Assembly (NCBI GenBank): GCA_001793095.1
Contig: MGHG01000012.1
Span: 72,647 to 136,646, forward strand
Source of the DNA: Candidatus Woesebacteria bacterium RIFCSPLOWO2_01_FULL_39_23
GTDB taxonomy: Bacteria; Patescibacteriota; Microgenomatia; UBA8517
Reading direction: 5' to 3'
DNA length: 64,000 bases
Of the stretch, positions 20,130 to 28,850 are shown one piece after another. The notes below the pieces were generated by a model, which worked only from the letters and a program-made list of their open reading frames with translations, was not told where the DNA came from and ran no database searches. The position numbers were made by a program, and so were the translations under genes. Within the stretch, counting starts at the first letter, position 1. Each line of letters begins with the position of its first letter.

Positions 20130-22358
20130 ATGGATTTGAAAAATTTTCTGCCCAATCGTGAGAAGGCTCATGATGAGTACTTCTGGTCGTTAATAATTGA
20201 ACCCGGATGGGTCCAATCGGGCGTTTGGAGGATTAAGGAAAATAAGGTACAAATTATTAATATCGGCCCTTCAACAGCATGGGGACTAGACGAAGAGCTA
20301 GTGGGCGCGGTTGATGCCTGTCTTTCCTCAGCAATTCAAGATTTTCCTGAGGATATAGGAGAGCCACAAAAAACTGTTTTCGGAGTTAATTCGTCGTGGG
20401 TGACGGAGGGACAAATTAAGGAGGAATACTTGGTAAAAATTAAAAAAATTTGTTCTGAACTTTCTTTAACTCCTGTCGGTTTTGTTGTACTTCCTGAAGC
20501 GATCGCAAATTATTTTAAGTCCGAAGACGGCGTACCCTTAAACGCAATAGTTTTGGGGATTTCGAAAGATACTTTAGAGCTATCGCTTTTCCGTTTAGGA
20601 AATCTTGTTGGTATTTCTCAAATTTCAAGAAGTGTGTCTGTTGTTGATGATGTAAGCGAAGGACTTACGCGGTTTGCGTCAAACGAAGCTTTCCCGTCGA
20701 GGGTAATAATTTATGATGGCAAAGAAGGCGAGTTGGAGGAAGTCAGGCAAGACCTAATCCGGGCGAGTTGGGAAGACTACGGTAAGATAAAATTTTTACA
20801 TACTCCAAAGGTTGAAATATTAGACCCCGAAAGGAAATTGTATGCAGTGTGCTTAGCCGGAGGAGCTGAGTTAGGCCATGTTGAAGCTGTTGTGCCTTTG
20901 GCGAGACCTGAAGAACCTGAAACGGTACCTCCAAGTTTAGCTACTGAAGAAATCGACAATGTTGCAGAAACCGCCGAGGAATTTGAACCCACGGATTTTG
21001 GCTTCGCACTTAATGAAGATGTAACAGAGCAGCAAAAAGTTGCTCCAGTATCTGAAGAAATTACCTCCGATAGGCAGCAACCGCAGGAATTACCACCCAA
21101 CTCTCCTCCGACTACACATCGTCCCAAGAAAAGGTTTATTCCAACCTTTTCATTTGCAGGGTTACGGACAAGAATCTCGGGAGAATTTGGTGGTTTAAAA
21201 AGGCCACGACTAAATTTCACCGGAGCTGGGAAACCGCTATTTTTGGGATTGTTTTTTTTCGTAGTAATCTTAATTGCCGGGTTTGCTTTTTGGTGGTTTT
21301 ATCCTAAAGCAACGGTATCTATATTTATTTCAACGAAAAGGTTGGACGATAAAATAGCTATTTATATCGATCCTTCAGTCACAAGTCCGGATTTTGAAAA
21401 AAGTACACTTCCCGGTGAGGTTTTAAAAGTAACGGTTGACGGAGAAAAAACCGGAAGTGTAACCGGAACAAAAGTTGTTGGTGATAAAGCAACCGGTGAA
21501 ATAACAATCTACAGGTCAGGTTCTGAAGTAAATTTGGCCGCCGGGACTGCAATTCATGGACCGGGAGGATTGGATTTTACTCTTGATAACGATGTAAAGG
21601 TGGCAAGCGGTTCGGTTATCACGCGGGGTGTTACCAAAACAAAAGTCTCAGCAAAGGATATTGGGGCTCAGTACAATTTGGCGTCGGGTGCAACATTTAC
21701 TGTAGGAACTTACTCAAGTGCAGACATGGAGGGTACTAATGAAACTGCGTTTTCCGGAGGTTCTAGTCGGGAAATTAACGCAGTCGCGGAGGATGATCAA
21801 AGCGAACTTTTGGATAATCTGACTAATGAACTGGAAGAAAAGGCAACCGGGGAACTTGAACAGCAACTTGGAGAAGATAAAATTCTCATAAAAGATTCGT
21901 TAAAGACCGAAATAACCGATAAAACTTTCAATTACAAGGTGGGTGACGAAGCAAGTTCGTTAAAACTTAATTTAACTATCGATGTAACAGCAATATCTAT
22001 TAATAAAAGTTCGTTGACAGAGATGGCTAAAAAGACGTTAACTGGCCGGGTTCCTCAAGGATTTTCATTAAAAGATGACCAGATAACAACTGAGTTTGAA
22101 GTTAAAGAGGAAAAAGACGGAATTTATGAAGTATCGGTCGTTGTATCTGCGGATCTTTTGCCTCAGGTTGATCCCGATGAAGTAACCAAAAATATATTGG
22201 GAAAGTATCCAACCCTGGCAGAGGATTACTTTACCCAAAATATTCCCGGTTTTGTCAGAGCAGAAATTAAATTCAATAAACCCCGATTACCAGGGCGGCT
22301 AGGAACACTTCCCCGAGTTTCTAAAAACATAGATGTTATAGTAAGTGCAGAAAAGTAA
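20130..22358 (+). CDS. Membrane protein with actin/FtsA-like N-terminal region and baseplate-J-like extracytoplasmic region
   Basis: About 250-aa cytoplasmic domain, acidic/Pro linker, single TM, then ATGEITIY...F.LDNDV...V.AKDIGAQYNL...N..AFSGG. Confidence 0.6.
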   Translation: MDLKNFLPNREKAHDEYFWSLIIEPGWVQSGVWRIKENKVQIINIGPSTAWGLDEELVGAVDACLSSAIQDFPEDIGEPQKTVFGVNSSWVTEGQIKEEYLVKIKKICSELSLTPVGFVVLPEAIANYFKSEDGVPLNAIVLGISKDTLELSLFRLGNLVGISQISRSVSVVDDVSEGLTRFASNEAFPSRVIIYDGKEGELEEVRQDLIRASWEDYGKIKFLHTPKVEILDPERKLYAVCLAGGAELGHVEAVVPLARPEEPETVPPSLATEEIDNVAETAEEFEPTDFGFALNEDVTEQQKVAPVSEEITSDRQQPQELPPNSPPTTHRPKKRFIPTFSFAGLRTRISGEFGGLKRPRLNFTGAGKPLFLGLFFFVVILIAGFAFWWFYPKATVSIFISTKRLDDKIAIYIDPSVTSPDFEKSTLPGEVLKVTVDGEKTGSVTGTKVVGDKATGEITIYRSGSEVNLAAGTAIHGPGGLDFTLDNDVKVASGSVITRGVTKTKVSAKDIGAQYNLASGATFTVGTYSSADMEGTNETAFSGGSSREINAVAEDDQSELLDNLTNELEEKATGELEQQLGEDKILIKDSLKTEITDKTFNYKVGDEASSLKLNLTIDVTAISINKSSLTEMAKKTLTGRVPQGFSLKDDQITTEFEVKEEKDGIYEVSVVVSADLLPQVDPDEVTKNILGKYPTLAEDYFTQNIPGFVRAEIKFNKPRLPGRLGTLPRVSKNIDVIVSAEK

Positions 22359-23017
22359 TGAATGTTAAGCCCAGAAAGTTATTAGCAGTTTTTTTGGGTC
22401 TGACGGGCATAGGGCTTATTGTATTTGTAACTGCACCTATTCTTTCCTACGAGATTGCTTCTAGGCAGAAGTACCCCACAATTATCAGTCCTTTAACTAA
22501 GAACGAAAGCTTAAAGGGAACTTTAGAAAAAGATTATAAGGATCCGGAAACCTGGTTTGATAAAAATATTAATGACGAAGACTCCGGTTCTCACGAGGTC
22601 GAATTCTACACATTATCTATACCTAAGTTGAAAATTAAGGATGCCAGAGTATATTTTGGTGGGGAAGATTTATCGAAAAATTTAATACAGATTCCCGGGA
22701 CCGCGGTTCCCGGCAGAGTTGGAAATACAGTAATTTTCGGACATTCTGTATTACCTATTTTTTTCAATCCTGAAAATTACTTGACTATCTTTTCAACACT
22801 TCCCAGACTTGAGGTGGGAGATGAGTTTAGTGTCAAATACGACGGAATTACTTACAGTTATATTGTAAAAGATATGTTTGAGGTTATGCCAAGCGATATT
22901 CAAATACTTGAACAAAATACAGACAGTTCATACATTAGTCTCGTTACGTGCGTACCGCCCGGACATCCATTGAAACCCAGAAGACTTGTTGTTCGCGCTA
23001 AAATACAACCAGTATGA
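22358..23017 (+). CDS. Sortase
   Basis: N-terminal TM, LSIPKL, GNTVIFGHS, SLVTCVPPG...RLVVRA (His/Cys/Arg triad). Confidence 0.92.
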   Translation: MNVKPRKLLAVFLGLTGIGLIVFVTAPILSYEIASRQKYPTIISPLTKNESLKGTLEKDYKDPETWFDKNINDEDSGSHEVEFYTLSIPKLKIKDARVYFGGEDLSKNLIQIPGTAVPGRVGNTVIFGHSVLPIFFNPENYLTIFSTLPRLEVGDEFSVKYDGITYSYIVKDMFEVMPSDIQILEQNTDSSYISLVTCVPPGHPLKPRRLVVRAKIQPV

Positions 23018-23427
23018 TAATTTTAGGTATTGATTACGGAAAGAGTAAGATCGGTTTTGCGATTTCGGAATCGAAAATTGCAGAACCTTATCGTGTGGTA
23101 AAGATAAAGTCAATGGAAGATGCAATCGAGAAAGTAAAAGAGGTAGTATCCTCTTTCGCCAAGGCTTCAGAGGACAAGCAAGTAGAACAGGTAGAGCAGG
23201 TAGTAATTGGGGATTCGGAGGGGAGAATGGCGGAAGAAACAAAAGAATTCGGAAGAAAATTAGGAGAAAAACTCAATATCCCGGTTATTTTTCAGGATGA
23301 AACATTAACAACCCAGGAAGCTCAAAGATTGTCAATAGAAGCAGGTATTAAAAGAAAAAAGCGCAAAGCACTCGAAGACGCCTATTCCGCAGCATTAATT
23401 CTCCAGGCATATTTAGACAACCTTTAA
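23014..23427 (+). CDS. ruvX: Holliday junction resolvase-like RuvX/YqgF
   Basis: ILGIDYGKSKIGFA, QDETLTT, DAYSAALILQAYL. Confidence 0.93.
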   Translation: MIILGIDYGKSKIGFAISESKIAEPYRVVKIKSMEDAIEKVKEVVSSFAKASEDKQVEQVEQVVIGDSEGRMAEETKEFGRKLGEKLNIPVIFQDETLTTQEAQRLSIEAGIKRKKRKALEDAYSAALILQAYLDNL

Positions 23428-23573
23428 AGGTGGCACCTCGCCGAGCCGGGTCTCTCTGAGCAGGAGGCTTACAAGGTAGTTGAAGAATGTGATTTAAATT
23501 ACAGAGCACCTTCAGATTGTTTTTTTAGAATGGTTTGATATTTACTTCTTAAAATTGTGTTATACTAAAATAT

Positions 23574-23771
23574 ATGCTCAAGGATGTAATTGCCCCGATT
23601 CAAGCTTGGCTACTCTCGCAAGGAAGATGTGTTGGTTGTGGAAAACCTCTTTTAAATAAAAAGAGCGTAAAGCGCGATGGAACCGAGAAAGTAACCTGCG
23701 AGTGCGGACGAATCTATATTCACGATACCAAAACTAATAAATACCGTCGAGCTCTCCTGGAAGAAGTATAG
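23574..23771 (+). CDS. small zinc-ribbon protein
   Basis: CVGCG...CECG; extended -10 box 7 nt upstream. Confidence 0.75.
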   Translation: MLKDVIAPIQAWLLSQGRCVGCGKPLLNKKSVKRDGTEKVTCECGRIYIHDTKTNKYRRALLEEV

Positions 23772-24288
23772 GTTCAGAGAACCTGAAAACTCAGATTACT
23801 CAGACTGTCAGATGATCGGCTAATACGAAAATCAGAATTTGCTGGATTTCCAGACTTTATGTAATCTATTTAATCGTTTGGATAAGACTATATATTTGTC
23901 TTCAATTATTTTACCATCGTCATTTAATCGGGGTACAGCAATAACGACGGTTCTTATATGGGTTACTACTTCATCCGATGAGCCAATACATATTTTTAAA
24001 TGATGTTTAAAGGTTGCTTCAGAATTTCTTTTAGCTCAGCCTTCAGCTAGATTTGTTGGTACAGATTTTCCAGCCCTCTTCGAATTACGTACTGAATCCA
24101 TTTCACTTAGAGGTACTTTTTGTAGAAATTCATATAAATCTTTAAGATTTTCCAGAGATAAATTATATACATGTAAATCAGTAACATCTTTTAACATACA
24201 TAAATTCTACCAAAAATCCAGACTTTCTGATTATCAGATATTCCGGATTTCTGGTTGGCTGAGTTTTCAGAGTGATCTGATAATCTGT
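23772..24288. mobile_element. Cassette: four-helix-bundle gene bracketed by inverted arrays of 8-9 nt TCAGA/TCTGA units
   Basis: Left arm of TCAGA units, right arm of TCTGA units; perfect inverted 12-mer CTGAAAACTCAG (23783-23794) / CTGAGTTTTCAG (24259-24270); mobility is inferred. Confidence 0.55.
23832..24197 (-). pseudogene. Four helix bundle protein (23S rRNA IVP/Avd-like family) with an internal TGA
   Basis: MLKDVTDLHVYNLS...KRAGKSVPTNLAEG*AKRNSEATFKHHLKICIGSSDEVVTHI...KRLNRLHKVWKSSKF; stop at codon 54 (24038-24036); missed by the ORF track. Confidence 0.85.
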
Positions 24289-24301
24289 TATACTCAATTT
24301 C

Positions 24302-25315
24302 ATGAAGTTCAGAAAAGTGTTTCTTGTCCCTATTCTACTGATTTTTTTAGTAATTATTGCGGCGACTGGATCTTTCTTTTGGTGGAAAAACAATTCACAG
24401 CCGGTGTCAACTGATAAAGAAACAAAGGATTTTGTAGTCGCAAAAGGCAGAGGAGCAACACAGATTGCCCAAGAACTTTACAAGCAAGGTTTGATCAGAA
24501 GTCCATTGGCTTTCAAGTTCTACATTCAATTTAAAGGCAAAGCGGAGGATATTCAAGCCGGGCGTTATAGCCTTACGGAGTCGGCCGCTATTCCCGAGAT
24601 TGTAACCCTCCTGACTAAAGGCCCAAAAGATTTATGGGTGACTGTTCCTGAAGGATTGAGACATGAAGAAATTGCCGAGCGATTTATACAAGGTTTGGGA
24701 AAAGAGGGGGAGGAGGCGGAAGAATTTCGTCAGGAATTTATTTCTGCTTCTAAAAGTTCCGAAGGCTATTTATTTCCTGATACTTATCTTTTTCCTCGCG
24801 AGGCTAATGCTTCGATGGTTATCTCCTCTATGAGAGACACTTTTGACAAGAAAACAAAAGATATAAAAAGTACTGCTACATCAAAGTTAAACTGGAATCA
24901 GATTGTAACTCTTGCTTCAATTATAGAGAGGGAAACTAAAATCGGAGAAGAAAGATCGATTGTAGCGGGTATTTTAATGAATAGGCTCAATATTGGAATG
25001 GCACTTCAAGCTGACGCAGCAGTTCAATACGCAGTATCAAATGCTAAATGCCAAATTCTAAATGCTAAATGTAATGATTGGTGGCCAATACTTACTTTGG
25101 AAGATTTGCAGATTGATTCGCCTTTCAATACATATAAATATCAGGGGTTACCGCCTTCTCCTATTTCCAATCCAGGCCTGTCGTCTATTGAAGCTGCTGT
25201 AAAACCGGCAGATACAGAATACATTTATTATATACATGATCCCGAAGGAAATATTCACTATGCAAAGACGCTTGCGGAACATAACGAAAATGTCAGAAAA
25301 TATCTGGGAAAGTAA
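24302..25315 (+). CDS. mltG: Endolytic transglycosylase MltG
   Basis: TVPEG, EGYLFPDTY, LASIIERE, LQADA, SPFNTYKYQGLPPSPISNPG. Confidence 0.95.
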   Translation: MKFRKVFLVPILLIFLVIIAATGSFFWWKNNSQPVSTDKETKDFVVAKGRGATQIAQELYKQGLIRSPLAFKFYIQFKGKAEDIQAGRYSLTESAAIPEIVTLLTKGPKDLWVTVPEGLRHEEIAERFIQGLGKEGEEAEEFRQEFISASKSSEGYLFPDTYLFPREANASMVISSMRDTFDKKTKDIKSTATSKLNWNQIVTLASIIERETKIGEERSIVAGILMNRLNIGMALQADAAVQYAVSNAKCQILNAKCNDWWPILTLEDLQIDSPFNTYKYQGLPPSPISNPGLSSIEAAVKPADTEYIYYIHDPEGNIHYAKTLAEHNENVRKYLGK

Positions 25316-25360
25316 GCACTTCGGGACTTGACCCCACACAATCTCGCTCTCAATTGTGAC

Positions 25361-25449
25361 TTGACTAATTGACTTGGTATTATATAATGCCTCCTAGGCG
25401 TACTTAGTTACGCTCGTATTATTATCCCAAGAATACTCTTGGGTTTTTT
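25361..25449 (+). promoter_or_regulatory. rpoB promoter with terminator-like leader hairpin
   Basis: TTGACT-16-TATAAT (25361-25388); CCCAAGA-atac-TCTTGGG-TTTTTT (25426-25449). Confidence 0.6.
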
Positions 25450-25477
25450 CGGTGAAAAAAATTAAAAATTCAAAATA

Positions 25478-28400
25478 ATGCCTAAAAATTCCACCCGCCG
25501 AAACTTTGGTAAGATTGAATCTAACTTACCTGAACTAGATTTAATATCAATACAAAAGGAGTCGTGGAATTGGTTTATAGAAAAAGGCATAGAAGAAGAG
25601 CTATCAGACTTATCTCCAATAGATGATTTCACCGGTAAAAATTGGAGAATTACACTCGGTAATCCTGTAATGGGAACACCAAAAGTAACTTCCCGCGTAT
25701 GTCAGGAAAAAGGCATTACCTTCTCAGCACCTCTTAAAATAACTGCAACATTAATAAATAAAAGAACCGGCAAAGAAGTTTCTCAGGAGGTTTTTCTGGG
25801 GGATTTACCTCAAATGACTTCGCGTGGAACCTTTGTTATAAATGGAATTGAGCGCACTGTTATAAACCAAATAGTAAGAAGCCCCGGAATATATTTCTCG
25901 GGTGAGCTTGATGTCTCAACTGGTCGAATGCTTTACAAAGCTGAAGTAAGACCACTCAGGGGTTCGTGGTTAGAGTTTGAGGTGGGTAGAAACGACGTTC
26001 TGGCTGCTAGAATTGATAGACGAAGAAAGGTAATTGCTACAGCGTTTCTGCGAGCAATCGGTGTTGAGAGTGATGAGGAAATTGTAAATCTTTTTAAAGG
26101 TGAAGATACGGATAATCTCCATAGATATATAGCCGCTACAGTTGCGAAAGATCCTTCCAAAAATCGCGACGAAGCGCTACTGGAAATTTATCGAAAAATG
26201 CGACCTGGTGAGCCGGTTTTGTTGGATAATGCAGAAAACCTCTTCACAGGACTCTTCTTTGATCACAAAAGGTATGATTTGGGTAGTGTCGGAAGATTTA
26301 AAATAAATAAAAGATTCGGACTTTCGGTTCCTAACTTTAAAGATAACTGGATTCTTACACGTCACGATGTGGTTGGTACACTAAAATACCTTGTTAATTT
26401 ACAGAACGGAAAAGGAAGAGCCGATGATATTGACCACCTTTCAAACAGAAGATTGAGAAGAGTTGGCGAACTCGTAGCTACAAACGCTTTCAGAATAGGA
26501 CTTTTAAGACTGGAGCGCTCTGTTAAGGAGAAAATGAGCTTGATATCTCCTGATGATAAGCCGGTTCCCTCAAACCTTATTAATGCAAGGCCGCTTATAG
26601 CTTCCCTTAATGAGTTCTTCCGTTCCAATCAGCTATCAACGATACTTGATGATACGAATCCCCTTTCTGAACTGGATAATCTGAGAAGAATTTCGGTTCT
26701 TGGTCCGGGAGGCATTAATAGAGAGAGGGCTTCTTTTTCGATTCGTGACGTAAATTCTTCACAATACGGGAGAATCGATCCGGTCAGAACTCCCGAGGGT
26801 CCAAATATTGGGCTCGTAACTTATCTTGCTCTTTATGCCAAAGTAAACGAATACGGTTTTATTGAAACCCCTTATAGGAAAGTGGAAAAAATTAAGAAAA
26901 ATGGGAAAACAAAAGTCAAAGTATCAGACGAAGTAGTTTATCTGACTGCTGATGATGAGGAACAATATCACATAACCCACTCCGGAATTGAAATAGATAA
27001 CTGGGGTTATATTAACGAAGAGAGATTGCCTTTCCGGTTTCAAGGTACTGTTTCCGAGGGTCCTGTTGATTTGGTTGACTTGATTGATTTAACGCCAAGA
27101 CAAGTTGTCGGAACATCGGCTTCCCTTATCCCTTTTTTGTCACATGACGAGGGTAACCGTGCACTTATGGGTAGCAATATGCAGTGCCAGGCGGTTCCAT
27201 TGGTATTACCGGAGTCACCGATTGTAGGAACTGGCATGGAGGAGGATATAGCTAAAGGGATGAGTAGAAGCGTATATGCCCGCCGTAGCGGTAAAGTGAG
27301 TTACGTCGACGCAGAAAAAATTATTTTGGATCTCGATAAAAAAGCTGATGAGCTTGAGATAAGCGAGGACATAGAATTAATTGACGGCGGGAAAAGAGAA
27401 GTTTATCTGCTTTCCAAATTTAAAAAGACAGCTCATTCGACTTGCTATAACCAGAGGGCAAGAGTAATGGTTGGAGCAAAGGTTAAAAAAGGAGATCTTT
27501 TGGCAGACGGACCGGCTATTGATAGTGGAGAGCTTGCGTTGGGTAGAAACCTTGTGGTTGCATACACGTCATTGGAGGGTTATGGATTTGAAGATGCCAT
27601 TTTGATTTCGGACAGGGTGGTTAAAGAAGATTTATTGACATCAATCCATATTGAAGAATACGAAGCAGATGTTGTAGATACAAAACTTGGTCCGGAAGAA
27701 ATCACGCGCGATATTCCGAATGTATCCGAGGGAGACCTAGCCAACCTGGCGGAAGACGGGATAATTGTTGTCGGAGCTGAGGTGGGACCGAATGATATAT
27801 TGGTCGGAAAAATTGCACCCAAAGGAGAAACCGAACTCACCTCAGAAGAGCGTCTTTTGAGGGCAATTTTTGGAGAAAAGGCACGTGAGGTCAGAGATAC
27901 ATCTTTGAGAGTTCCCCATGGAGAGAAAGGCATAATAATCGGAGTTTCAATTTTAGACCGTGATAAGGGCGACGAACTGGGCCCGGGTGTTATTAAAAGG
28001 GTGTTGGTTAAAGTTGCACAGATTAGAAAAATTATGGTAGGGGATAAAGTCGCCGGTAGGCATGGAAATAAAGGTGTCATTGCAAAGATTATGCCAATAT
28101 CGGATATGCCGTATTTGGCGGATGGAACACCTGTAGATATAATTATTTCTCCGCTATCAGTTCTTGCAAGAATGAACCTTGGTCAGCTTCTGGAAACGCA
28201 CTTAGGTTGGGCATTATTGAAGTTGGAAGAAAAGGCAAAACTGCCTGTATTTGATAAAGTAACTGAAGACCAAATTCTTAAAGAGCTTGAAAAAGCGCAC
28301 CTTCCGCTCACGGGGAAAACTCGCCTTTACGATGGTAAAACCGGAGAAGCATTTAAAGAGGATACTGTTGTTGGAATCGGCTACATTCTTAAACTCACGC

Positions 28401-28849
28401 ACATGGTTGAGGATAAAACTCACGCACGATCAACTGGTCCGTATTCTTTGGTAACGCAACAGCCTCTTGGAGGAAAGGCTCAAATGGGAGGTCAGAGGCT
28501 TGGAGAAATGGAAGTTTGGGGATTAGAAGCTCATAGAGCTGCATATGTGCTTCAGGAGATGTTAACAATAAAAAGCGATGATATTTCGGGCAGGGCACGT
28601 GCATTTGAGGCAATTGTTAAGGGTGTAGATATTCCCGAGGCTACAATTCCCGAAAGCTTCAGGGTTTTAGTTCGTGAGCTTAATTCCCTCGGTCTTTCGA
28701 TAGAAGCACTGGGCGGGGTATATCGGGAAGAAACACAAACCTTGGATCAGGGTGGCCTTGAACTGGCGCAAGCAGCCGGTGCGGAGGTAGTTGTAACTAA
28801 AGAACTATTGGCTCCAAGTGGGCCCATGGAGATAGAGGAGGCAAATTAA
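25478..28849 (+). CDS. rpoB: RNA polymerase beta subunit
   Basis: GDKVAGRHGNKG, HARSTGPYSLVTQQPLGGKAQMGGQRLGEME. Confidence 0.99.
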   Translation: MPKNSTRRNFGKIESNLPELDLISIQKESWNWFIEKGIEEELSDLSPIDDFTGKNWRITLGNPVMGTPKVTSRVCQEKGITFSAPLKITATLINKRTGKEVSQEVFLGDLPQMTSRGTFVINGIERTVINQIVRSPGIYFSGELDVSTGRMLYKAEVRPLRGSWLEFEVGRNDVLAARIDRRRKVIATAFLRAIGVESDEEIVNLFKGEDTDNLHRYIAATVAKDPSKNRDEALLEIYRKMRPGEPVLLDNAENLFTGLFFDHKRYDLGSVGRFKINKRFGLSVPNFKDNWILTRHDVVGTLKYLVNLQNGKGRADDIDHLSNRRLRRVGELVATNAFRIGLLRLERSVKEKMSLISPDDKPVPSNLINARPLIASLNEFFRSNQLSTILDDTNPLSELDNLRRISVLGPGGINRERASFSIRDVNSSQYGRIDPVRTPEGPNIGLVTYLALYAKVNEYGFIETPYRKVEKIKKNGKTKVKVSDEVVYLTADDEEQYHITHSGIEIDNWGYINEERLPFRFQGTVSEGPVDLVDLIDLTPRQVVGTSASLIPFLSHDEGNRALMGSNMQCQAVPLVLPESPIVGTGMEEDIAKGMSRSVYARRSGKVSYVDAEKIILDLDKKADELEISEDIELIDGGKREVYLLSKFKKTAHSTCYNQRARVMVGAKVKKGDLLADGPAIDSGELALGRNLVVAYTSLEGYGFEDAILISDRVVKEDLLTSIHIEEYEADVVDTKLGPEEITRDIPNVSEGDLANLAEDGIIVVGAEVGPNDILVGKIAPKGETELTSEERLLRAIFGEKAREVRDTSLRVPHGEKGIIIGVSILDRDKGDELGPGVIKRVLVKVAQIRKIMVGDKVAGRHGNKGVIAKIMPISDMPYLADGTPVDIIISPLSVLARMNLGQLLETHLGWALLKLEEKAKLPVFDKVTEDQILKELEKAHLPLTGKTRLYDGKTGEAFKEDTVVGIGYILKLTHMVEDKTHARSTGPYSLVTQQPLGGKAQMGGQRLGEMEVWGLEAHRAAYVLQEMLTIKSDDISGRARAFEAIVKGVDIPEATIPESFRVLVRELNSLGLSIEALGGVYREETQTLDQGGLELAQAAGAEVVVTKELLAPSGPMEIEEAN

Positions 28850-28850
28850 T

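Noticed and set aside
24036-24038. TGA recoding (genetic code 25 or 4) to explain the internal stop in the four-helix-bundle gene
   Set aside because: TGA terminates conserved genes in this window at their expected ends (e.g. rpsI), and no other gene needs read-through
23832-24197. Diversity-generating retroelement (Avd-like gene)
   Set aside because: No reverse transcriptase and no template/variable repeat pair with adenine-specific mismatches is visible in the window
23574-24197. Both convergent genes begin MLKDV
   Set aside because: The codons differ and similarity stops after five residues; treated as coincidence
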